DNA of 64,000 nucleotides from Bacteroidales bacterium (GCA_051652645.1 JBOFUP010000072.1:17995-81994), one strand, 5' to 3'. Shown: positions 18,834 through 28,761, counted from the first letter of the stretch. Notes: a model not told the origin generated them from the sequence alone. A program made the numbers and translations.

Positions 18834-21020
18834 ATGAATAAACAAAATATAACTAAAAGGAAATACACATCAAATAGTAGCCACAGAGAACTACTATATT
18901 TTTACATATCTGAGCTGATAATAAAAAGTACAGATACCCATAAATTATATGAAGAGTTCTATAATCATACCCAAGCTGCAAGCATGATATTCGGCCATGG
19001 ACAAGATGGAATAGAATATACTGTAAGAATCTTAGATAATTATGGGGTAGAGTTTTTTGAATATAAAGATAGTGGAGCAAAAAATAGTCACTTCAGACCA
19101 AGGATGTCAGAACTAATTGAGCATCACCCAGAAATATTCAACACTAATAGTATACACCAATCATTTAAGGAAGAGATAATCAAAGCGCTTAATGACGAAA
19201 GAAGGTATGCAATAAAGAACTTGCGAAACAACTGGATAAACATAACAGATATAGAAAAAACAGTCAAAGATAAAGGGAGAAATATATACTCTGCTAGAAT
19301 AGATACTGAAGATGATGATCAAGTAATTAATTTACTTGAAGACATGAAAGTTAAAATCAAAATACTAAATAATAAATATGAGATAACAGTTCTTGAGTTT
19401 GACCCAAAAGAGAATACTCTTATTTTTAGATGCTCTGATGATCTAAAACACAAAAAAGGGGCAATTGAAATAAATTGTATATTCCTAATTGACAAGCTTC
19501 TTGATTGCATATCAAATACCACATTGGATCACTCAATATTTAGAGGACTATTCGAAAACAAAATCCCTCAGTTAGACCTAGAGTTTAATGATCATATTAT
19601 TTGTAAGGGATTAGACGATAAACAATCCGAGGCTATAATCTACTCTCTAAAAAATGGAATATCATACATCTGGGGCCCACCTGGCACTGGCAAATCTCAC
19701 ACCCTTTCATCTCTTCTAGTCAATCTGATGCAAACAAATGAGAGAACTTTAGTCTGCTCAATTGCTAATGTTGCTGTTAATAGCCTTGCAAACAAATTTG
19801 TTGATAGAGTCGATGAGTATTCTATTATACCTCAAGTCAAAAAACTAAAGTATGGAGATGCTCTTAGAGTGGGTTTTATTAAGGATAAGAATACCATAAA
19901 AAATAGTCTATTATTTCCAAATTCAATTGAAATCAGTGAATTAAGAGATACAATAGAAAAAAAATGGGAAACCCTAGCCCAATGTGATAAAAAAGATGCT
20001 TATTACTCAGAATTGAAATCAGAGATTCATGACCATAGAAAGAAGCTAGAAGAACTAGTAAAATATCAAATCAGTGGTGCTAAAATAATATTTGCTACTT
20101 GCTCAAAATCTCTTATAGATTCCACTCTTTCAAATATGGAGTTTGATAATATTATTATTGATGAAGGAAGCATGGTGTCTATACCTTACTTATATGCATT
20201 AATAAGCAAAACTAAAAAAAGGGTTATTATTTCGGGTGACTACCGACAGTTAGGTCCTATAGCCCTTTCATCTACTGACATGTCTGAAAAATGGCTTAAA
20301 AGAGACTTGTTTTCACTTTTGGGGAAGAATAAAAAGGATGCTAATTGTCTCAAAATGTTACAAACCCAAAGGAGGTCTGCTTGTGAGATTATTAATCTAG
20401 TAAATAAAGAATTCTATGAAAACAACCTACATACTGAGCCTAGCAAAAAACATAAATTAGCAGAAAAACCTCTACTATTTAAATCTTCGCATGTTGAGTT
20501 TCTGGATCTTAGTCATATGCCTGAGTATAAATATGAATACACTGCTAGTCACTCTAGAATAAACAGAATCTCTATTGAAGCAATAAAATCAATACTATTC
20601 AAACTACATACTGATTATAAAGATATTAATTCTGTTGGGATAATATCACCATATAAATCACAAGTAGGATTGATTAAGAAAGCCGTAAATGACCTAAAGA
20701 GCTGTATTGACTTTAAATTTAACATATTAGAGGGTACAGTCCATACATTCCAAGGATCAGAGTGCGATGTAATTATATTTGATATGGTTGACTCCATAGA
20801 ATGTAATAGCTCCAATACAAACTCATCAATAGGAACACTCTACAGAGGAGAATGTGGTGAAAAACTAATCAATGTTGCAATAAGTAGAGCAATAAGTAAA
20901 TTGATTATTGTAGGCTGTTCTAAAGTAATGATTGAGGCAAATAAAAACAGTCAGGTCAGACAAAGTGTTAAAAGTATAATAAAGAATGCATATCAACTAT
21001 CAATAAGCAAAAACTCTTAA
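18834..21020 (+). CDS. Superfamily 1 helicase, Upf1/DNA2/NAM7-like (AAA_11/AAA_12 type), with an uncharacterised ~270-aa N-terminal region
   Basis: It has Walker A GPPGTGKSH (nt 19674-19697) and Walker B IIIDEGSM. The remaining motifs are GDYRQLGP, TVHTFQGSECDVIIFD and NVAISRA. Confidence 0.85.
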   Translation: MNKQNITKRKYTSNSSHRELLYFYISELIIKSTDTHKLYEEFYNHTQAASMIFGHGQDGIEYTVRILDNYGVEFFEYKDSGAKNSHFRPRMSELIEHHPEIFNTNSIHQSFKEEIIKALNDERRYAIKNLRNNWINITDIEKTVKDKGRNIYSARIDTEDDDQVINLLEDMKVKIKILNNKYEITVLEFDPKENTLIFRCSDDLKHKKGAIEINCIFLIDKLLDCISNTTLDHSIFRGLFENKIPQLDLEFNDHIICKGLDDKQSEAIIYSLKNGISYIWGPPGTGKSHTLSSLLVNLMQTNERTLVCSIANVAVNSLANKFVDRVDEYSIIPQVKKLKYGDALRVGFIKDKNTIKNSLLFPNSIEISELRDTIEKKWETLAQCDKKDAYYSELKSEIHDHRKKLEELVKYQISGAKIIFATCSKSLIDSTLSNMEFDNIIIDEGSMVSIPYLYALISKTKKRVIISGDYRQLGPIALSSTDMSEKWLKRDLFSLLGKNKKDANCLKMLQTQRRSACEIINLVNKEFYENNLHTEPSKKHKLAEKPLLFKSSHVEFLDLSHMPEYKYEYTASHSRINRISIEAIKSILFKLHTDYKDINSVGIISPYKSQVGLIKKAVNDLKSCIDFKFNILEGTVHTFQGSECDVIIFDMVDSIECNSSNTNSSIGTLYRGECGEKLINVAISRAISKLIIVGCSKVMIEANKNSQVRQSVKSIIKNAYQLSISKNS

Positions 21021-21021
21021 T

Positions 21022-21846
21022 ATGAATATCACAATTGAGTACAAAGGTCATCACAACTTGACTAGAATAACATCTGAGTTAACTTACGAACTTGAAGTGG
21101 ATATAAAAAGTACGGTTGGGGATATCTTGAATATTGCTCTTGACTTTCTCATTGAAAAACATATTGAGAAAAATGGTTCTTCATCCAATAATGGAATTAG
21201 ATTTGGACTATATTGGCGTATTGATATATCTTTTAATAAGAAAAGGATGATAGATTTCGATCAAGCTGAACCCTTTAGATTCTCTATGTCAGAGACTATA
21301 AATAAACAAGAACTAAAAAGTAAGATAATCAATAAGCTAATAGAAGCAACTAGTATCAACCAAAATTTAACTCTAGGTATCCTAGTAAATGCTAATTTCA
21401 TTAGCACTAAACAAAAAGAGGTTAATCTCTCTAATCAAGAGGATATAGAGTTAATGAATAAATTACAAATAAAACCAATTACCCATTTTTTTAAAAATCA
21501 AAATATCAAACCTAATAGTAGCTACTCCATTGATTTACGATTGAAAGAAGAAACTAGTGTAAAAGCATATGCTATCTACACCATCAATTCTTTTATAATA
21601 AAAAAGCATTCTGAGATGTTAGCTAATGAGAATATAAACCTTTCAATACAAACAAAGAAAGAAAGGCAGAACCTCATTGAGAATAAAATTGTAGTCCTAG
21701 AAAATGATAGGTATATATTCCAAGATGACTACAAACTTAATTCATATAGAATATCAGCAGAGATAATATTTGGTAGAAAAATTGAGTCACTACTAGTTTG
21801 GATTACCGAGAATAATACACAACTAAAAGATATCATCTCTAGATGA
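21022..21846 (+). CDS. Hypothetical protein coupled to the helicase, with a DUF4357-like C-terminal segment (tentative)
   Basis: Its ATG lies 1 nt after the helicase stop (TAA-T-ATG). It is 274 aa with no catalytic motif I recognise. The C-terminal RYIFQDDYKLNSYRISAEIIFGRKIESLLVWITENNTQLKD resembles the DUF4357 pattern. Confidence 0.55.
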   Translation: MNITIEYKGHHNLTRITSELTYELEVDIKSTVGDILNIALDFLIEKHIEKNGSSSNNGIRFGLYWRIDISFNKKRMIDFDQAEPFRFSMSETINKQELKSKIINKLIEATSINQNLTLGILVNANFISTKQKEVNLSNQEDIELMNKLQIKPITHFFKNQNIKPNSSYSIDLRLKEETSVKAYAIYTINSFIIKKHSEMLANENINLSIQTKKERQNLIENKIVVLENDRYIFQDDYKLNSYRISAEIIFGRKIESLLVWITENNTQLKDIISR

Positions 21847-21868
21847 CTAATATCTCTCATGCATTAAT

Positions 21869-21909
21869 AAATAAAGCAGCCTAATAATTAGTATTAGGCT
21901 GCTTTATTT
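21869..21909. terminator. Bidirectional stem-loop after the helicase operon
   Basis: Arms aaataaagcagcctaata / tattaggctgctttattt. Confidence 0.6.
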
Positions 21910-21917
21910 ATTGAGTT

Positions 21918-22085
21918 CTACTTTTTACCAATCAAAGTCTTTATTACAGCATTTCCAATCTTCTTCTCCATACCACTTCGTGTGGTTGGAATACCAGTTG
22001 ATTTAGCAACCTTTCTTTTCACCTCAGATATGCCCAGAGCTCTCTTCCAAGAGAATGATAGTCCTTTAATTCCAAATAGTCCCAT
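21918..22085 (-). CDS. Small basic protein (55 aa), below the ORF-track cutoff
   Basis: My translation: MGLFGIKGLSFSWKRALGISEVKRKVAKSTGIPTTRSGMEKKIGNAVIKTLIGKK. It ends 9 nt from the bidirectional hairpin. Confidence 0.35.
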   Translation of the reverse strand: MGLFGIKGLSFSWKRALGISEVKRKVAKSTGIPTTRSGMEKKIGNAVIKTLIGKK

Positions 22086-22320
22086 AGTAATTTATTGTTT
22101 TGTGATATTAGTAAATGTCCTAACTATAAAATAATTGCTAATATATAAATTTAATCTATAAGTAGAATACAAATATCACTATAGACAATATTATAAACAA
22201 ACAAGATTAGTCTGCTGTCTAGTAAATAAATATTTGCTATAAGTATACTATATGAATTACAAAAGAGAGTTACAGCTGAGGTTATAAATCATAATGATCA
22301 AACTATCCTAGGGAAATAAT

Positions 22321-23502
22321 TCAACTCTGCTTTGTTTCACCATCAGCCTCAGCTATCTTATCTACAATCAGCGATATAGCTCCATCGCCCGTAACATTAG
22401 TTGCGGTACCTATACTATCCATGGCAACACATAGTGCAATCATGAGCGCTTGTTGTGTTTCGTTGAAACCCAACATAGAGCTGAGAATACCTAAAGAGGC
22501 CATTATGGCACCACTGGGCACTCCAGGGGCAGCTACCATAGTAATACCCAACATGAAAACGAATCCTATCATTGAGGCAATTTCGACTGTTTGACCTGAC
22601 ATGACCATAATAGCAACGGCACCTCCTGTGATAATCATAGTACTACCAGATAGGTGTATAGTAGCACATAACGGAACTGTAAACACAGCTATGCTCTCCT
22701 TTACTTTATTCTTAATTGTCTGAGCCAACGTAACAGGAATTGTAGCTGCACTTGATTGTGTACCCAATGCAGTAGCGTAAGCTGAAATCATATTTTTGAA
22801 TAACAAAATAGGGTTGCGTTTTTGAACTACCCCAGCAATAGTATATTGTATAGATAGGATTATTACATGAAGAATAAGGATGAGAATTATTACTTTGATA
22901 AACATACTCATAATGGTAAACACTTTTCCCGACATTGTCATATTAAGAAATATCCCGAAGATATAGAAAGGCAAAACCGGCACTATTGCCTTGGCTATTA
23001 ACATAGAGATAATCTCCTTGAAGTCAATTGCAGACCTCTTGAGTGTGTCGCCTGTAATAACAGATAGACCCAACCCAACCACGAACGAAAGCAGTAAAGC
23101 TGTCATTACATCCATAAGTGGAGGCATGGATACCTGAAAGTAAGGAGTGAGTGTGACTCCGGTATATGAAATTAAATTATCGGATCCAGAGGTGTTGAGT
23201 ATATGTGGGAAAATAAGATCGCAGGTGGCGAGTGTTAAGAATCCCGACATTAGGGTGGAGGCATAAGCAATAATTGCCGTAATAGCTAAAAGTTTTCCAG
23301 CTCCTTTTCCTAACTCTCCAATAGCAGGTGTTACTAAGCCAACTATTATCAATGGTATAGCAAAGGAAAGGAAATTAGCAAACAGTCCATTAAAAGTCAT
23401 AAACAGACGAGCAACACCAATGGGCATGAAATGTCCGAAAACAATACCAAGAATAATTGCCAGTATGACCCTCATTAATAATGATATCTTGATCTTTTTC
23501 AT
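22321..23502 (-). CDS. Dicarboxylate/amino acid:cation symporter (DAACS) family transporter
   Basis: 393 aa and polytopic. It carries the conserved SSAATIPV-type motif. Confidence 0.8.
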   Translation of the reverse strand: MKKIKISLLMRVILAIILGIVFGHFMPIGVARLFMTFNGLFANFLSFAIPLIIVGLVTPAIGELGKGAGKLLAITAIIAYASTLMSGFLTLATCDLIFPHILNTSGSDNLISYTGVTLTPYFQVSMPPLMDVMTALLLSFVVGLGLSVITGDTLKRSAIDFKEIISMLIAKAIVPVLPFYIFGIFLNMTMSGKVFTIMSMFIKVIILILILHVIILSIQYTIAGVVQKRNPILLFKNMISAYATALGTQSSAATIPVTLAQTIKNKVKESIAVFTVPLCATIHLSGSTMIITGGAVAIMVMSGQTVEIASMIGFVFMLGITMVAAPGVPSGAIMASLGILSSMLGFNETQQALMIALCVAMDSIGTATNVTGDGAISLIVDKIAEADGETKQS

Positions 23503-23686
23503 ATAGTAGGTTTAGTCTTTCTTTATTAATAACTCTAGTGCCACTGATTATATAATGGAAAAACTAATGAAATAGTTCTTATTATTCTATTTATTACTAA
23601 AGTTTATAACCCCAATAGGTGTTTGAAAGAGAAAGCCAGAATTTGTGAATAACATAGATAGAATAAATGATAGATATTTGTTATTA

Positions 23687-23730
23687 CCAAACAAGAGGAA
23701 TCCCCCTTGCGAAGGACTCCTCTTGTTTGG
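23687..23730 (-). terminator. Stem-loop downstream of asnA
   Basis: Arms ccaaacaagagga / tcctcttgtttgg. Confidence 0.55.
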
Positions 23731-23751
23731 TCTACAATATATAATAAAATA

Positions 23752-24810
23752 TTATTTCAGGTAAATATTTTTAGCTGCACACTCCTCAATCATATCATCA
23801 CCCCAGATAGAAGATTGAACCTCCCCGATGTGAGCACAACGAAGAAAGTACATACACAATCGTGACTGCCCTATTCCCCCACCTATTGAAAGAGGTATAC
23901 GATCTTCTAAAAGCTTACTATGGAAACTTAGGGTTGTACGATCTAGGGCATCTCTAAGCTCAAGTTGTTTTAACAGAGCCTCTTTATCTACTCTTATTCC
24001 CATTGAAGAGATCTCAAAGGAGTTCTCTAGAATAGGATTCCAAAGCAATATATCTCCATTTAGCCCTTGATGACCATCTTCATTATATGTTGTCCAATCA
24101 TCATAATCAGGTGCACGACCATCATGAGGTTCACCATTTGACAAATCACTCCCAATGCCTATCAAGAATACTGCTCCATACCTCTTAGTTATCTCATACT
24201 CCCTCTGCTTGGGGGTTAAATCTGGATAAATTTGCAATAGTTCTTCACTGTGAATATAAGTTATTCGCTCTGGTAATATTGGAGTAATGTGGGGATATTT
24301 CTCATAAACTGTATTCTCAACCTTTTTGAGAATAGTGAATAATTTATCAACTATTGTTTTTAGAAAAGAGAGAGATCGGTCATCTTGGGTGATTGTACGC
24401 TCCCAATCCCATTGATCTACATAAAGAGAGTGTATATTGTCAAGCTCCTCATCAGCGCGAATAGCATTCATATCGGTATATAGGCCATACCCTGGAGCAA
24501 TTTTATATGCAGCTAGCTTTGCTCTTTTCCATTTAGCTAAGGAGTGTACCACCTCAGCATTCTTATCACCGAGGTGTTTGACTGGAAATGTAACGGCTCT
24601 TTCACTACCATTAAGATCATCATTCAATCCAGTTCCGGACAAGACAAAAAGAGGAGCTGTAACTCTTCGCAAGCATAACTCATTTGCTAATTCTGATTCA
24701 AATCTATCTTTTATCAATTTGATAGCCTGTTCCATTGTCTCTGGCACAATAGTCGGGCGGTAATCTTTTGGAAGGAACAATCCCATAGTTTCAAATTTTA
24801 CGTTTAACAT
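23752..24810 (-). CDS. asnA: Aspartate--ammonia ligase (asparagine synthetase A)
   Basis: 352 aa with a class II aaRS-like AsnA pattern (RRVTAPLFV...SLYVDQWDWE...GGGIGQSRL). Confidence 0.9.
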   Translation of the reverse strand: MLNVKFETMGLFLPKDYRPTIVPETMEQAIKLIKDRFESELANELCLRRVTAPLFVLSGTGLNDDLNGSERAVTFPVKHLGDKNAEVVHSLAKWKRAKLAAYKIAPGYGLYTDMNAIRADEELDNIHSLYVDQWDWERTITQDDRSLSFLKTIVDKLFTILKKVENTVYEKYPHITPILPERITYIHSEELLQIYPDLTPKQREYEITKRYGAVFLIGIGSDLSNGEPHDGRAPDYDDWTTYNEDGHQGLNGDILLWNPILENSFEISSMGIRVDKEALLKQLELRDALDRTTLSFHSKLLEDRIPLSIGGGIGQSRLCMYFLRCAHIGEVQSSIWGDDMIEECAAKNIYLK

Positions 24811-25070
24811 TTAGTCAACAAACAGACACACCGCAAATACAACAGTGCGCAAAACAAAGACACCTTGTGTCTATTTGCTACAAATATAAGCACTTTGCAT
24901 TACACAATGATCAAGTATACATATTTTATCTATCACAAATAATACTAACAAATATCAGCTCCCCTCCTACTAAGGAAGCATCATCACATATAACTCGATG
25001 CCTATTGGTTATGATTTACTCTCTTACACCCTTTAGCTTTAAATAATTTTGCACAATTGTAATGATTACA

Positions 25071-25078
25071 TATCTTTG
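25071..25078 (+). promoter_or_regulatory. Bacteroides-type -7 promoter motif
   Basis: TATCTTTG lies 29 nt upstream of the ATG at 25107. Confidence 0.4.
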
Positions 25079-25106
25079 CAGCAACTATTATTGAAAAGAT
25101 TTCAAG

Positions 25107-26255
25107 ATGACACAAAACAAACACTACTACACACTCTCTCTAGCCTCTTCCTTTGCCCTAACCCTTGTCGGGATGGTGCTTCACAGGACTACAAACCCCT
25201 CTATTGAGATTTGGTCTGCCCCATTAAATATCATGTTATTATTTAGCATAGTTGTAGTTGGCATCGCATTTTCTCTATATTACAGAAAGACAAAAGCTTA
25301 TCGTTTTTTTACAAATACACACACAACCCTTGGTGCGTTGACCGGATTTGTTTGCCTCCTGATTATCTTGGGGATTACTCCTCAACTTAACATCCATGAG
25401 GTTAATGAGGAGATAGGATGGGGGGAGATGATATACAGACGACTAACGACATCACTACCCTTTTCTCTCAACTTAATATACATACTATTTATCCTGTTAC
25501 TAGTTATTCTGAAGAGAAGATTCACTCTGAATTTGAGGTATATATCATTTCAATTTAACCATATTGGATTATGGTTGGCCTTGTCGGCTGGGCTATTTGG
25601 TGCGTCTGACAAGAAGGAGCACAAAATACTTCTTGAACCTAATAAGGTTATTCAGAACGGATTCACACTAAAAGGTGAAACTCAACGTCTTCCTTTCTCA
25701 TTTATATTAAATGACTTCTCAATAGAAAGATATCCTGACAAGTTACTACTCCTAGCCAAAAATAAGGATGAAGTGGAAGAAAAAGGTGAGTGTGAAATAC
25801 ATACTTACTCATCTGAATACACCATTGGAGACATTTGCTTTAAAGCCTCGTACAATATGGATAATCATATAATCGTTGAACTTAAGGATACAATAGAGAT
25901 ACTAAAGAGGAATAGATCTTTAATCGAAGTGGGAGATAACATGGTATTATATAGAAATCAGGGTAAAGCGAAACACTATTCTGCAACTTTATCTTTTGAG
26001 TATAAAAAAGAGATGCACCGAGAGAAGATTAGTGTTAATAACCCAATTATTATAGATGACTACTACATCTATCTTGAAAGTTTCGACTACAAAGAGCATT
26101 ACGATACACCTAATGTGGTTTTACGTTTGGTCAAAGACCCTTGGATAGTGGTTGCTTATATTGGTTTATGGATGATAATCATTGGGGCCTTGTTATTGAT
26201 TATTGTTGGGCCCATAACACAGAACAATGCAAACCAAAATAAATTAAGAATATGA
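25107..26255 (+). CDS. Cytochrome c biogenesis protein, ResB/Ccs1-like (System II)
   Basis: It has N-terminal TM helices, a large soluble loop and a C-terminal TM helix. It overlaps the downstream ccsA by 4 nt. Confidence 0.55.
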   Translation: MTQNKHYYTLSLASSFALTLVGMVLHRTTNPSIEIWSAPLNIMLLFSIVVVGIAFSLYYRKTKAYRFFTNTHTTLGALTGFVCLLIILGITPQLNIHEVNEEIGWGEMIYRRLTTSLPFSLNLIYILFILLLVILKRRFTLNLRYISFQFNHIGLWLALSAGLFGASDKKEHKILLEPNKVIQNGFTLKGETQRLPFSFILNDFSIERYPDKLLLLAKNKDEVEEKGECEIHTYSSEYTIGDICFKASYNMDNHIIVELKDTIEILKRNRSLIEVGDNMVLYRNQGKAKHYSATLSFEYKKEMHREKISVNNPIIIDDYYIYLESFDYKEHYDTPNVVLRLVKDPWIVVAYIGLWMIIIGALLLIIVGPITQNNANQNKLRI

Positions 26256-27046
26256 TAACCTGGGACTCATTTATATATTTTGTAGTTATTACGATAATCC
26301 TACAAATAGTTGCCATGCGCAACATGTTCAGCTCAAACAATATGAAAAGAGTAATAATTCCAACCCTACTAGCCATAGGAGTTTACTCATCATTCATACT
26401 ACTGCTATGGAGCTACCTTGGGAGGCCACCTATGCGAACGATGGGAGAAACTAGATTATTATATTCTCTGTTCTTAATCGTCATTGGACTTATTACATGG
26501 ATAAGAAGCAGATATAATATACTTCTTATATTCACGTTTGTACTAAGCATCGTATTTATGATTATCAACCTACTTAAACCTGAGATACATGAAAAGGAGT
26601 TGATGCCCGTGCTGAATAGTCCATGGTTTGTACCCCATGTAGTTATATATATGGTAGCATACGCCACTATAGCGTGCGCATTCGTTTTGTCTATCGTCAA
26701 ACTACTCGGAATAAATAAATTCAAAACAAAAAACCTGATTAACCACTGTGACAAGCTTGTTTATGATGGAATGGGACTACTCACAATTGGAATGATAATG
26801 GGTGCACTATGGGCCAAACAAGCATGGGGAGATTACTGGAGCTGGGATCCTAAAGAGGTTTGGGCATCAATAACATGGATGATTGGAGTAATTTACATAC
26901 ACTATAGGCTAAGAGATAAAGGTAACTCAAAGAGCCCTTATATTTTAATTATTATCCTTTTCCTGTGTTTTCAAATATGCTGGTACGGTATCAACTATCT
27001 TCCAACGGCAGCAACAAGCGTCCACACCTATATGGATATGAAATAA
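26252..27046 (+). CDS. ccsA: Cytochrome c assembly protein CcsA (heme export/ligation)
   Basis: It carries the tryptophan-rich WWD-type motif WAKQAWGDYWSWDPKEVWA. Confidence 0.8.
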   Translation: MITWDSFIYFVVITIILQIVAMRNMFSSNNMKRVIIPTLLAIGVYSSFILLLWSYLGRPPMRTMGETRLLYSLFLIVIGLITWIRSRYNILLIFTFVLSIVFMIINLLKPEIHEKELMPVLNSPWFVPHVVIYMVAYATIACAFVLSIVKLLGINKFKTKNLINHCDKLVYDGMGLLTIGMIMGALWAKQAWGDYWSWDPKEVWASITWMIGVIYIHYRLRDKGNSKSPYILIIILFLCFQICWYGINYLPTAATSVHTYMDMK

Positions 27047-27082
27047 AAAGAACAATATGTCAATTTAATTATAACCCAACTT

Positions 27083-28465
27083 ATGAAGAAAATCTTCTTG
27101 ACCGTCGGTGCAATAGTAATTGCTGCTACGGGGGTGTTTGCTTATCAGCGACACACCAACACAAAAACCCTCGAATCACTTACTTTAAACGAACAAGTAA
27201 AACACATCTTGACAAGCAATCGATGCTTAGATTGCCACTCACACTCTCCCGAACTACCGTTCTATGCTTCACTACCTATAGCTAAGGATATTGTTGAGAA
27301 AGATGTAACGAACGGATATCGCTACATTGACCTTGAGAGCGTGATCCAAGAGATCAACAACGCAAGTGACCCTTCTGAAGTTAACATAGCAAAGATTGAA
27401 CAAAGTGTAATCAATGCCTCTATGCCTCCAAAGAAGTTCACCACATTACATTGGCATAGCTCTCTCGACTCGAACGAAAAATCCATATTAATGGAATGGG
27501 TTAAAACCAATAGAGCAAACCTATATTCTAATAGTCTAAGTGCGGAGAGTTTTTCAAACGAGGCTATATTCCCTATTGTTGATTCAATCTCTGTGAATCC
27601 AGCCAAAGTAGCACTTGGAGCTAAACTATTCCACGACACTAGACTATCGAAAGACAATACTATCTCTTGTGCCACGTGCCATAGTCTTGATTCGGCTGGT
27701 GTTGACAGACTTCAATTCTCTAAAGGTATAAAGGATCAAATTGGCGGTATTAATGCACCAACAGTTTTCAATGCAGCATTCCACGTAGCTCAGTTCTGGG
27801 ATGGACGCTCTGCTGATTTGCAGGCTCAAGCCGGTGGTCCTCCTTTCGATATGCTAGAGATGGGGTCAACATCGTGGGATGAAATAATTGAAAAGCTATC
27901 TAAAGACAAAGCCCTGACTGCTGAATTCATCAATATATACCCAGATGGATATACAGGCGACAACATAACAGATGCTATTGCTGAGTTTGAGAAGACACTA
28001 ATCACTCCTAACTCTCGTTTTGACCTTTACCTAAAAGGTGATCAAACGGCTCTTGTTGCAGATGAGATTGAAGGTTATGAACTCTTCAAGGCAAACAACT
28101 GCGCTACTTGCCACGTTGGACAAGCCATGGGTGGACAATCATTTGAATACATGGGCATAGTAGCAGACTACTTCGCTGACAGAGAGATGAAAGCCGATAG
28201 GGATATTATCAAGACAAAAGATCAAGGACACTTCAATGCCACGAACAACGAGAGCGATCTTCAAAGATTCAAGACTCCTAGTTTAAGAAACGTTGCACTA
28301 ACTGCTCCATATATGCACGATGGTACAATAAATACCCTTGAAGAAGCTACACGGATAATGCTAAAATATCAACTCGGAAAAGAGCTTCATGAAAGTGAAG
28401 TAAACAAGATTGTTAAGTTCATGCATACTTTGAACGGACAATACAATGGTAAAGAGTTGAAATGA
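27083..28465 (+). CDS. Di-heme cytochrome c peroxidase (CCP/MauG family) with an extra N-terminal CxxCH haem-binding domain
   Basis: Three CxxCH motifs are present: CLDCH, CATCH and CATCH. The CCP pattern FHDTRLS...FWDGR...PSLRNV is also present. Confidence 0.85.
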   Translation: MKKIFLTVGAIVIAATGVFAYQRHTNTKTLESLTLNEQVKHILTSNRCLDCHSHSPELPFYASLPIAKDIVEKDVTNGYRYIDLESVIQEINNASDPSEVNIAKIEQSVINASMPPKKFTTLHWHSSLDSNEKSILMEWVKTNRANLYSNSLSAESFSNEAIFPIVDSISVNPAKVALGAKLFHDTRLSKDNTISCATCHSLDSAGVDRLQFSKGIKDQIGGINAPTVFNAAFHVAQFWDGRSADLQAQAGGPPFDMLEMGSTSWDEIIEKLSKDKALTAEFINIYPDGYTGDNITDAIAEFEKTLITPNSRFDLYLKGDQTALVADEIEGYELFKANNCATCHVGQAMGGQSFEYMGIVADYFADREMKADRDIIKTKDQGHFNATNNESDLQRFKTPSLRNVALTAPYMHDGTINTLEEATRIMLKYQLGKELHESEVNKIVKFMHTLNGQYNGKELK

Positions 28466-28510
28466 TAAATACAAGCATAAATTACCATTACTACTAGGTA
28501 AAACACAAAA

Positions 28511-28553
28511 TTGCATCCCAAATAGTCTATTTAATGACTTATTTGGGATGCAA
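28511..28553 (+). terminator. Stem-loop after the peroxidase gene
   Basis: Arms ttgcatcccaaata / tatttgggatgcaa are followed by ttt. Confidence 0.6.
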
Positions 28554-28761
28554 TTTCTTATAGTATATATACTGTTTTACGGCCTTTCACGTATCAAAAT
28601 GAGACGTGTAATCAAAGCATACGACTAACCACAGTCAAACTATATCATATAATGAGTGAGAGATCTAATACGACCACGAGTTTGAGCATTGATTACTCAT
28701 TTATCAAGTCTCACTACCTACAAATAAATAAATCGCCATATCCACATTAGGGTTGAATTGA

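Noticed and set aside
21022-21846. The possibility that the helicase partner is a PLD nuclease, making the pair a type I Mokosh system.
   Set aside because: No HxK(x)4D motif is present anywhere in the 274 aa, and the helicase has no visible extra kinase-like domain.
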